From an uncultured virus (IMG/VR IMGVR_UViG_3300033388_003316) (taxonomy: Duplodnaviria; Heunggongvirae; Uroviricota; Caudoviricetes), in the IMG/VR virus record IMGVR_UViG_3300033388_003316: a stretch of 64,000 bases of DNA; one strand, written 5' to 3'. Under the pieces are notes generated by a model, which was given only the letters and a program-made list of their open reading frames with translations, searched no databases and was not told where the DNA came from. The number at the start of each line of letters is the position of its first letter. The first letter of the stretch is position 1. Of this stretch, positions 38,301-46,816 are shown in pieces. The position numbers and the translations under genes are program-made.

Positions 38301-39697
38301 CCGCACCATACACTTATTTGTGGTCTAATGGTGATACAACACAAGATATAAGTGGTGTCCCATCTGGCACCTATAATGTTACGGTTACAGATAATGAGGG
38401 TTTACAAGCTACACAATCATGTACTGTTAGTCAACCATTCTCAGTCAATTGTTTAGCCACACCAGTACCAGTAACTTTAAATGGGGCATCAGACGGTGCA
38501 ATCAATGTGGTTGGTATTGGTGGTGGTACGGGACCTTATACAGTCACAGTTACTGGGACTAACCCACCACAATCCCCAATAACACACACAAACATTTCTG
38601 GACCCACCGATATATTTAGTGGGTTGATTGCTGGTGAATACTCAGTTGTAACTACTGACAGTACCTTACAAAGTTCAAGTTGTTCAACAACTGGTGTAAC
38701 TATTACAACACCCCCATCAATAAGTGTTAGTGTTGAAACCACTAATGTTAGTTGTTACGGTGAATCTGATGGGAATATAGAATTAACTTACATCAGTGGT
38801 GTCCCACCAATAAGTTTTAGTACAACTTCAACAAACTCACCTATACCAATAACCACATCAAACATTAATGGTTTAAGTACGGGTACGTACACTAGTGTTG
38901 TGACAGATAGTATTGGGCAATCAACAACAACAATAAACACAATTACTAGTCCATCAAAAATCACTGGTACATTGTCACACACAAACATTACATGTAATGG
39001 TTCTGGAAACGGAACGGTTTTATTAAGTAGTGTTGGTGGTGGTACACCACCTTACACATATTCTTGGGACGGACCAACAACTAACATAATAACAGATACT
39101 ACACCATACATAAATAATATTGGTTCTGGTGATTTTTCAGCAGGGACATACACTTTAACAGTTACTGACAATAACTATTGTTCAAATACATTTGAAGCGA
39201 ACGTTTTAGAACCAGAACCACTATCAATTGAAATAACTAATAGTGGTAATGCAACATGTAACGGCACACCAGACGGGTTTATAACATTTAAAGTGTCTGG
39301 GGGTAACCCAGATATAGGTAATGGTGGTTATCAAGTTAGATTAAATGGTGGGGTTTGGTTTACAACACTTACTGGGGTATTCACATTTAGTGGTAATTAT
39401 GCGAACACTTACACAATTCAAGCTAGAGACGTTAACAACTGTATGTCACCTATTGTAACCCATGTTATTACAGAACCACCAGCGGTATCCGTAAACCAAT
39501 CAAGTATCACATCAAACAGTATCGTAGTCAATGGTTCTGGAGGTAATGGTGGACCATACACATTTAAACTTAATGTTGGTTCTTGGCAATCAAGTGGGGT
39601 ATTTACCAACCTAACACCTAACACACTTTACGCATTTAGAGCTAAAGATGCGCAAGGGTGTATTTCACCAGTAGAAATACTTAGTACAACAGCGTAA
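35348..39697 (+). CDS. Large virion/baseplate protein: carboxypeptidase-regulatory-like N-terminus, long hydrophobic helix, Cys-rich middle, C-terminal SprB-type repeats
   Basis: GVVVGR..NNGVGIPNAKVSIF...TNSAGDFMIFGVP.G; GGTAPYTYLWSNG.TTQDISG..SGTYNVTVTD repeats. Confidence 0.75.
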   Translation: MSNRTIRIKTDPEEFKTKLLKVNLEQDFDFLEILSLSISQEEVYRRFCSDYGVVVGRAIMNNGVGIPNAKVSIFVPLSEEDSENDEISGLYPFETITDNDDEGKRYNLLPNSSQFECHTPVGTLATKREILDNDLALDIHCKYYKYTAITNSAGDFMIFGVPVGSHFINVDCDLSDIGIYSQRPYDFIATGQPKEAFESSNKFKGGEDLDKLNQIKSQQSSINVSPFWGDEDQCSVGITRFDVDLKHELKPSAIFMGSIFGDNEKNSINKICKPRKNLGKICETMSGPGSIDMLRKDLNGNNQTFVIEGGRVIDDDGTWAFLVPMNLDYMVTNEYGDLVPTDDPTKGIPTRSSVRFRAGMDISGGEGRLRTRALHLIPHNPDNYDESDYSFGESTGSGLNGHKHFHDMYWNKIYTVKQFIPRFQARKGVDVRAMIGIKDVDDCTGTHNPFPFNRMDSDINPLFSILCIIITIISFLVVLINSVIITLINVVIFILNGVLKAICKAIFFVGKITCALKHPGSQEKRINCRKNSCIGECNDETTCKKCCNDEDFISYIPCITMECQNEQYAPGCISGTKPLPWHVTEQPFYYPDDDTGIHGFTETVPPGDGGWAACVSLSLAESLNVWEFDFYNDWINGTLYSPLLKYKKKRKGKEKFCEYDCKDFGGGVDGDDDGNGDNRCHNNWLVDSCTNNGVKSSEEVQIRDGLVKSYDDDLYYAVFTHEYGYKLFSTDIVTLGSVFDCDWQGKPKIQQYLVPTSYKTPELLPEFDDLNPSLMLTSGYDSSKTGKEYSLFFDVSCLGLTTGAMNCINIKRQCEIGVGLNEDRQDESPAIGCSPVGSGGGATGIGPNYLNPIIDNCDIDFLYIRDAFIDMNDSNAGITYNSTSASQHATFGSGNNNQQKTDTAYEKYRNIQYNKTIEQPWGGSMYFYFGLQPGKTALDKMNSKFFETCVVNEVNDFLIVCDNIIDVSTYNGSDGEINISIIGGTAPYTYLWSNGDTTQDISGVPSGTYNVTVTDNEGLQATQSCTVSQPFSVNCLATPVPVTLNGASDGAINVVGIGGGTGPYTVTVTGTNPPQSPITHTNISGPTDIFSGLIAGEYSVVTTDSTLQSSSCSTTGVTITTPPSISVSVETTNVSCYGESDGNIELTYISGVPPISFSTTSTNSPIPITTSNINGLSTGTYTSVVTDSIGQSTTTINTITSPSKITGTLSHTNITCNGSGNGTVLLSSVGGGTPPYTYSWDGPTTNIITDTTPYINNIGSGDFSAGTYTLTVTDNNYCSNTFEANVLEPEPLSIEITNSGNATCNGTPDGFITFKVSGGNPDIGNGGYQVRLNGGVWFTTLTGVFTFSGNYANTYTIQARDVNNCMSPIVTHVITEPPAVSVNQSSITSNSIVVNGSGGNGGPYTFKLNVGSWQSSGVFTNLTPNTLYAFRAKDAQGCISPVEILSTTA

Positions 39698-41424
39698 TGG
39701 ATAAAAGAATAAAATATAGATTAAAAGAAAGTGATTCGCAAAGAGCGGTAAATGAAGAGGGTTCAATGAAAATTGGGATTGAACAAAGTAATGCACCCTT
39801 ACCAGTTAATGAATTAAACCGAATAATTAATGTCGGTGACCGATTTAATGAGGAAAGAGAAAATAGCACACTTTATAGGATTAATGGTACAATTAGTACA
39901 TTATTTTCTAACGTCTTATTTAATTCTACTGGATTGAATAGCTATGGATACATGTTGACTAACCCACTATTTAGGGATAGGAGCTACCCACCAAACGGGG
40001 TTAACTTAGACGAGGATGAAGACCTATCTTTTAAAGACGCTATAAAGTATCACTTAAAAGAAATAGATGGTTGGTATGGTTTCAGAGACCCAAACATAGG
40101 TGGTGATACACTATGTTTATGGTCAGATATGGAACCTAGGCGAGAATTATTTAGTTTAACACCACAAAATAAAATAAAAAATTGGGACATAACCATAACA
40201 TATCCAGCCTCAAGTGTGGACACATTTATGACACAAGGTGGTTTATTATGTGTTGAAATTATACCAGTTACTATTGGTAATAGAGATATGATTGCTATAG
40301 CGACCCCAGTAAAACACGGCTTATCTCAAGGTAGTGTAGTTAGAATTAATGGTCTATCCTCACCAACATATAATGGGGACTACCCAGTGGTTAGATTAGG
40401 ATTAGACAATGGAGATATGCGAGATTATTATTTTGTAATTGACATAAACCCATCAAACGGGGTGTCAATAGGTCCAAGCACTAGGATGACTAGAATGGTA
40501 GGTACTGAACCAACAAGATATTATTATAGGAAATTTAAAAAAGTGAGTACTGTTACATCACAAGAACTAAAAGATGATGATTATGATATTTACCCACTTA
40601 ATTTTAGTAGAGGTTTATATAATGATGTTAATACACAATATGTGATTAATGAAGATATTGATATAGCTGGACTAATAGATAATTTAGGTAGACCTTTAAG
40701 TGAATTGTATTTTACAATAATTAAAACAGATAGTAATCAAAATGATAATAATGGTCCATTATTTACACCAGTAAAATCTGGTATAGAAATACCATTTATC
40801 GGTAATATAAATACATTTGAGTCTAGTGTGCCAGACATTAGAAGGATACATAACGGAACCTCCCCAACACCACACGCACCACTAGATAATAATGTGATGA
40901 TAACTGATGATGAATTTTTTGGTGATGTTGCTTCATATAATAGATTTGAAGTTAAGGAGATAATACTAGGTGAGGTTAGACACACATTCAATACATTAAA
41001 TAGAGAAACATTAAAATCTGTTAGTGACCCATCTGGTAATGAACCTAATATAAATATGGGTAGAAGATATGAGGGTAATTTTTATAAGCCACATTATCAA
41101 ATTAAACTTAGGGAATGGTCTAACTATATTGAGCAAGGTGATTCAATGACTAGTGGTATACCAGAATACGCTGAAGAATTAGGTGATGGTAGGTGGCTTT
41201 GGAGAGACCAGCTGACATTAGGTTTTTCAGATATAAGCACAACACCTATTGATTACCCATTTTTAAATGGTTGTCATTACATCCACCAAAATTACTGTAT
41301 ACCATTAAGGAGGCAAGACCCATTTGCTCAGTATGGTCTTTATTATAGTAATTTCCCTAGAGACCAGTTTGGTGATAGATTGGTTGATAAATTTGTAGTT
41401 AAAAAATCTCAAGATGCGTGTTAA
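39697..41424 (+). CDS. Putative baseplate/tail structural protein
   Basis: Coupled ORF (TAATG) in the structural block; PVKHGLSQGS.V.I, DNLGRPLSELY.TI, DYPFLNG.HY. Confidence 0.65.
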   Translation: MDKRIKYRLKESDSQRAVNEEGSMKIGIEQSNAPLPVNELNRIINVGDRFNEERENSTLYRINGTISTLFSNVLFNSTGLNSYGYMLTNPLFRDRSYPPNGVNLDEDEDLSFKDAIKYHLKEIDGWYGFRDPNIGGDTLCLWSDMEPRRELFSLTPQNKIKNWDITITYPASSVDTFMTQGGLLCVEIIPVTIGNRDMIAIATPVKHGLSQGSVVRINGLSSPTYNGDYPVVRLGLDNGDMRDYYFVIDINPSNGVSIGPSTRMTRMVGTEPTRYYYRKFKKVSTVTSQELKDDDYDIYPLNFSRGLYNDVNTQYVINEDIDIAGLIDNLGRPLSELYFTIIKTDSNQNDNNGPLFTPVKSGIEIPFIGNINTFESSVPDIRRIHNGTSPTPHAPLDNNVMITDDEFFGDVASYNRFEVKEIILGEVRHTFNTLNRETLKSVSDPSGNEPNINMGRRYEGNFYKPHYQIKLREWSNYIEQGDSMTSGIPEYAEELGDGRWLWRDQLTLGFSDISTTPIDYPFLNGCHYIHQNYCIPLRRQDPFAQYGLYYSNFPRDQFGDRLVDKFVVKKSQDAC

Positions 41425-42259
41425 TAAATTTAAACTAAATATTGGTAATTTAAATGATAGTGGTACAACAATTAATATACCTATTAACATTTCATTCCAA
41501 CCAATTGGGCAAGATGAGGTAATTGAAACTAACTTCGTTAATAAAGAAATTGAAGAATCTATTAATCCAATTACAGATTATGAGAAAGTTAGGTTTATAC
41601 CTGTTGATGATAAGGATAATCAGATAGATTCAATCACATATAGTATTAATTTATTAAATAGTAACAACACATTCCCCACAACAACTATGTATTCTGATGC
41701 TGGTTTTGTATATGATGATGTTAAATTTAATAAAAATTCATTTAAAAGGTCTTTTTTAAGTTTAAATTTCTATGATTCCGACATCCCAACTAACCAGAAT
41801 CTAATGTCATTTATGACATTATTTTCTAGACTATCAATAAATAACACACTGCCGTTAACCAACGGAGGTTCACCAGTCAATGGTGGTGGATTACCAAACC
41901 CAATAGACACTATACCTCTTAGGTTTATAGTAGAAGACCCAACACAATTTCCACAAGGTGTTTCTGAAGGTTATAATATTTATCATTTTAAAGATGATAT
42001 AAGTGTAAATCAACCGAAGGAGTTATACATGCGAGCAACTTGGAATAACGCTAAAACTGGTGAGTCAATACCATTAATAACAGATGGTTCACCACAAATG
42101 ATTGATAACCTAGTTAGTAAACTACATATCAAATATTTATTAAAAAGAGATAATACAGGTTATTGGTATGAAATAGACACTAATTATTCAACACCAAACA
42201 ACGTAAATTTAACAACTAATGAGGTAACAGTACAATTGTATCAAATTCAAGCACTTTAA
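41414..42259 (+). CDS. Putative structural protein
   Basis: Overlapping ORF; INPITDYEKVRF, FKRSF..L.FYDS, YMRA...NAKTG. Confidence 0.65.
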   Translation: MRVNKFKLNIGNLNDSGTTINIPINISFQPIGQDEVIETNFVNKEIEESINPITDYEKVRFIPVDDKDNQIDSITYSINLLNSNNTFPTTTMYSDAGFVYDDVKFNKNSFKRSFLSLNFYDSDIPTNQNLMSFMTLFSRLSINNTLPLTNGGSPVNGGGLPNPIDTIPLRFIVEDPTQFPQGVSEGYNIYHFKDDISVNQPKELYMRATWNNAKTGESIPLITDGSPQMIDNLVSKLHIKYLLKRDNTGYWYEIDTNYSTPNNVNLTTNEVTVQLYQIQAL

Positions 42260-43143
42260 TGGAATTAATTAAAAAGAAAATATTAATAGAAAATGGTTTA
42301 AGTAGAAAAAGTGATAGTACTTATGGCACTATGACTGCAACAACATTTAACATTAATATCATGTTAACCCAAGACGTAGACAATATGGGGTTATATACTG
42401 ACACCCCAATATACAATGTAATCCCAGATTATACAATATTAATAGATAAATTAAATACCAACGGCTTTTCATTCCCATTCATGAATGGAGTTACACTACC
42501 ATCAACAATACTTAATGGTTTTAATAAAGACATGAGGTATGATAACTCAACAGATAGTGATTGGTTTGTTGGTGGAAATGAAATGAGTGGTATTACTAAT
42601 AGTAGGGTTAATACACTACAATCTTACAATAAAAACAATAGGTTCATACCTAATTTTAATATAAGTGATGAAAGTTACGAAAATTACTTAGGTAACACAA
42701 TAAATGGGGTTAGTAGGGTTACTGAAATAACAACGGGCATTAGTGGTTCCACTAAATATGTTTTTGATGCTGAAAGTGATATAAATATTGGTACTGACTC
42801 ACAAATAAGTGGGTTAAGATTTATTGATTTTAATAGTGGTACATTAAATAATAGGGTTGTTAGTGAAAAAATTAAAGGTGAAAAAGCTAGTGCAAGTAAG
42901 GTTAAAAATACTGCAGTATATTACATAGGTGAAGGGTGGAACATGACGAACACATCTTTATCAGCATTAACCAAAGAAGAATATTTATTTGGTGTGATTA
43001 ATCAACCAGAAGTCTTTGACGATGTATTTATAGATAGAGGTAAAACCACAGTAATGGAAAAACATTTAAAATTATCTGAAGTTGAAAGTTTAGAGCATTT
43101 AAAATGGTTTGGAAATGGGTTTTACAATGTTACAAAGGTGTAG
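42259..43143 (+). CDS. Putative structural protein
   Basis: Coupled ORF (TAATG); LTQD.DNMG.Y, DVFIDRG, FGNGFY. Confidence 0.65.
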   Translation: MELIKKKILIENGLSRKSDSTYGTMTATTFNINIMLTQDVDNMGLYTDTPIYNVIPDYTILIDKLNTNGFSFPFMNGVTLPSTILNGFNKDMRYDNSTDSDWFVGGNEMSGITNSRVNTLQSYNKNNRFIPNFNISDESYENYLGNTINGVSRVTEITTGISGSTKYVFDAESDINIGTDSQISGLRFIDFNSGTLNNRVVSEKIKGEKASASKVKNTAVYYIGEGWNMTNTSLSALTKEEYLFGVINQPEVFDDVFIDRGKTTVMEKHLKLSEVESLEHLKWFGNGFYNVTKV

Positions 43144-43239
43144 TACAATTAAAAAACACTTTAAAATAAATTAATTATAACCACATATTAAAAAATATTG
43201 TGTGGTGCAAATATAAGAATACTTAAATTAAAATAAATT

Positions 43240-44154
43240 ATGGCAAGAGGAACTTACGGAACAGTTAGACCAGCGGATGTGCAACTATCAGATGTTGAGG
43301 TTTTTTTACATTACACCCCATCTAGGAGTGAGACTGGTGACACAACAATAACCCCACTAGACCCAAACACTGTGTTAGCAACCAACCCACACCCAAACGG
43401 TTCCGATAACGAAATATTTGGGGGTATGTACACACTTAAATTACCTACATCAACATTTAACGCTAAAGGAATTTACACAATTATGATTAAACCAATTGAA
43501 ATTAGAACAAAAATAGTTGATTGTGGTGTACTATCATCATTACCAAATGTAAAGGGGTTAGTTTTTGATATATCAACACTAGACAACAAATTTTTAAGTA
43601 AATTTCAAAACGATGGTTTGGTTGGTTATAGGATAGAGTACCTTGCAACTAATGAAACGAACACCAATGGTACAACTAAAGTTCCTAATTTTTTCAGAAT
43701 AATAACATCTAATAATAAAGCTGAACCAGTTAATCAAAACTTAACCAACACCAACCAAAAAGCCATTAGATATAGATTTAATGATAATTCATCATTAACA
43801 TTCGCAACAGTAACACCAAGCTCAGTATCTAACGTTAAACCTAACGCTTTACCTTATATTGGTGAACCAAATCAAGAAGTAATAATAACCAACACCTTTT
43901 TTAACCCAGTCATGGTTGAGATAGAAATGGTGGAACACGACATACAAACATTAGCTTACGGTATATTTGGTAATCAAACAAAATCACTTGAAGATGGTAT
44001 TTATACGATATATAATTTCGATAATGATATTTATAAACAATACAACTTATTTGAGATTAAGGACCAATTTAATGGTAAACCATTGTTTGAGGTAAGAGAA
44101 AATAGAACTAACATTGATTTCTTAAAAGGATTTGATGATATAGCAAACATTTAA
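43240..44154 (+). CDS. Putative structural protein
   Basis: 304 aa ORF; GTYGTVRPADV, GG.YTLKLP...F..KGIYT. Confidence 0.65.
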   Translation: MARGTYGTVRPADVQLSDVEVFLHYTPSRSETGDTTITPLDPNTVLATNPHPNGSDNEIFGGMYTLKLPTSTFNAKGIYTIMIKPIEIRTKIVDCGVLSSLPNVKGLVFDISTLDNKFLSKFQNDGLVGYRIEYLATNETNTNGTTKVPNFFRIITSNNKAEPVNQNLTNTNQKAIRYRFNDNSSLTFATVTPSSVSNVKPNALPYIGEPNQEVIITNTFFNPVMVEIEMVEHDIQTLAYGIFGNQTKSLEDGIYTIYNFDNDIYKQYNLFEIKDQFNGKPLFEVRENRTNIDFLKGFDDIANI

Positions 44155-44160
44155 TAGGTG

Positions 44161-46797
44161 ATGGCTGATAAAGTAAAAATAGTAGGTTATGGACAAAGAG
44201 TATTCTACGACAACGGTATAGAATATAGGAATTTTTCAGATAATTTAGTTGGTACACAACTAGTTAGTGATGGTGGTAGGCCAACATTCACATCTGGTAA
44301 CTTTGTTATATCTACTAATTTAAATAGGAAACCTAATAAAATATTTAATACCAAGAAATTCTCAGAATTTTTATCATTAGATGATTTAAAGACTGATAGT
44401 CAAACAACTTCAACTATTATACAAAATAATTTAGAAGTTAAATTAAACTTAAATAAATCAAATCTATGTAATTACGCTTATTTTGGTTCATTAATGGAAT
44501 TTGTTAGGGTTTCACTAGAAAACATAATTATATCGTGGCCAGCATCTATAAAATTAGAATCATTAGACCCAGTAGAAGTAGGTGTAACTGGAAATACGAT
44601 TGAAAATAACACATATAATTTAATAAATGATACATCTTCATTTACCGTACCAACAACATTACTACGTAACAACTTTAACATTAATTATTTAACAAATGGT
44701 ACTATTATTGACACATTCAATGAAACAAATGATTTAAGAAACTTAACCACTGCATATGAAAATTATGTGATTAACATTAGTGGTAGTGAATATCAAGTGA
44801 TTGGGTTTACTGGTGCTACCGATAGTTCGAATAATGAGGATTTAAGATTTATAGTTAAAGGTGATATATTATCTGGTTCTAGTGAAACAACAAAGGATGT
44901 TCACATAAAACCAAATAAATATAAAGTTGAGGAATTTTTCTTAACTTTACCAGATTTTGAATCTAATCTATTAAATAGATTAACACAACCAAAATACACC
45001 TCAACATATGAATTCTTCACAGAAGCTGAAACAGGTGTGATTATTAAAACAAATAAAACACTAACTTGGCCAACAAGTGATGGTTACAATATCGATTTTG
45101 ATACACCAGAATATGTTAACTTTGTTACTGAATTACTTGAATTATCTGAAAGTAATGACTTAACTAAGACAGATTTAATGGTTAGACACCTAACCACCGA
45201 ATCAATATCTGATTTTGACACATTTCCAACATGTGATGGTAACATAGAGGAGACTGCTGGTCAAAAAATGAATAAATCACTTAAGATTTATGGTAGGGAA
45301 TATGACGAAATAAAAAGATTTATAGACGGTATCGCATTTGCTAATACAGTAACCCATAATAAGGTTGAAAACACACCAGACATATACTTAAAAAACTTAG
45401 GTAGGGTCATGGGTTGGGAACTAGTTTCATCAGTATTAGAAAATGATTTACTAAATATATTTCTAAACCCATCCGATAGTAAATATGTTGGACACTCTAG
45501 AGGTTTAACCCCCGCCGAGGCTGAAATAGAACTTTGGAGAAGAATTATACTTAACACACCATGGATTTGGAAATCTAAAGGAACTAGAAAGTCTGTAGAA
45601 TTTTTATTTGACTTCATAGGGACCCCAAACGGCTTAGTTGAATTTAATGAATACATATATAAGGTTAAAAAACCTATGGACATGAGGTTATTTAACGATA
45701 TCTTGTTCGAAACATATGGTGATACATCACTAGATGGGTTAAATATTGATTCAGAAGGTTATCCTAAATTTTTACCTAACACAAGTGACATGTATTTTCA
45801 AAAAGCAGGTCTTTGGTTCAGAGAAACAGCTGGAAGTGGTTCAACAGAAGATATTTTACATGGTAATAACCCACACATTGGACCATATGACGGTGGTCAA
45901 GCTTGGGTTGACCAACTAAATTGTTTAATCCCCGATTTTAGTGCTGTGACCATTTATAATGAAACAATTAGTACTGGTACGACCAATATATTTACTAATT
46001 ATAATAGTGGTTTGGTTAACAACGCACTAGAAACAGAAGTTTGGGCAAACATAGTTAATTCAGATAACCTATCATTAAGTGGGTGTTATGACTTAACAGC
46101 AGAAATAATTGAAGACCCAAAACCAACCACAGAAACTACTGACTGTGGTTGTGAGACTGGTGATGGTGATGAGGCTATAAAATTATCAATTAAAAAACTT
46201 AAAGGTTCATCAACATCACCAACACCTATATCTTGTGGTTATACTGGGTTAACATTAAATAGTAATGGGTATGTGGTGTTTAAATTACCAAACAATAAAG
46301 ACACAACACAAATAACACAAGAATGTTGTGAAGTATTAGGGTTTACATATCAAACTGGTGATATAAATTGTTATTGGAATAATAATACAACAGTACCAAA
46401 CGATGTTTGTAATGATTACATACAAAGTAGTGATAAAGATAGTTCGATAATAATATGGAGCAACCCGATATTACAGGAAAGTACCACAGTTGTTAGTCTA
46501 GAATGTTGTGAAGCATATGGTTATATTGCAGTTGAAGTTAGAGGTGGTTATAATTGTTTAAATGACAACGATGTAAATAGGTGTGATGAGTACCAGTATT
46601 CATCAATTGACAGTAAAACAGGTAAGTTAGGGTGGATATCACCATCTGGGTTTGGAACTAATAAAATACCAGCTGAATGTTGTTCAGCATTAGGGTACAC
46701 CCCAACTAATGATGGGGAATGTATTGACTACAGTGTTGTTAAATCCAATGATAGAGTTAGACAAAAAACTAAAAGAATTAGTGGTGATAAAATATAA
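44161..46797 (+). CDS. Baseplate wedge protein (P2 gpI / T4 gp7-like) with C-terminal Cys-rich repeats
   Basis: PD.YLKNLG..MGW...IWKSKGTRKSVEFLF.FIG motif; three ECC..[LY]G[FY]...C repeats. Confidence 0.7.
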   Translation: MADKVKIVGYGQRVFYDNGIEYRNFSDNLVGTQLVSDGGRPTFTSGNFVISTNLNRKPNKIFNTKKFSEFLSLDDLKTDSQTTSTIIQNNLEVKLNLNKSNLCNYAYFGSLMEFVRVSLENIIISWPASIKLESLDPVEVGVTGNTIENNTYNLINDTSSFTVPTTLLRNNFNINYLTNGTIIDTFNETNDLRNLTTAYENYVINISGSEYQVIGFTGATDSSNNEDLRFIVKGDILSGSSETTKDVHIKPNKYKVEEFFLTLPDFESNLLNRLTQPKYTSTYEFFTEAETGVIIKTNKTLTWPTSDGYNIDFDTPEYVNFVTELLELSESNDLTKTDLMVRHLTTESISDFDTFPTCDGNIEETAGQKMNKSLKIYGREYDEIKRFIDGIAFANTVTHNKVENTPDIYLKNLGRVMGWELVSSVLENDLLNIFLNPSDSKYVGHSRGLTPAEAEIELWRRIILNTPWIWKSKGTRKSVEFLFDFIGTPNGLVEFNEYIYKVKKPMDMRLFNDILFETYGDTSLDGLNIDSEGYPKFLPNTSDMYFQKAGLWFRETAGSGSTEDILHGNNPHIGPYDGGQAWVDQLNCLIPDFSAVTIYNETISTGTTNIFTNYNSGLVNNALETEVWANIVNSDNLSLSGCYDLTAEIIEDPKPTTETTDCGCETGDGDEAIKLSIKKLKGSSTSPTPISCGYTGLTLNSNGYVVFKLPNNKDTTQITQECCEVLGFTYQTGDINCYWNNNTTVPNDVCNDYIQSSDKDSSIIIWSNPILQESTTVVSLECCEAYGYIAVEVRGGYNCLNDNDVNRCDEYQYSSIDSKTGKLGWISPSGFGTNKIPAECCSALGYTPTNDGECIDYSVVKSNDRVRQKTKRISGDKI

Positions 46798-46816
46798 AAC
46801 AATATAATTATATATA

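Noticed and set aside
43180..43206. ACCACATA...TGTGTGGT hairpin as a terminator or shared operator with 51341-51352
   Set aside because: No U tract, imperfect stem, and the shared AATATTGTG core is too short to be significant in AT-rich DNA
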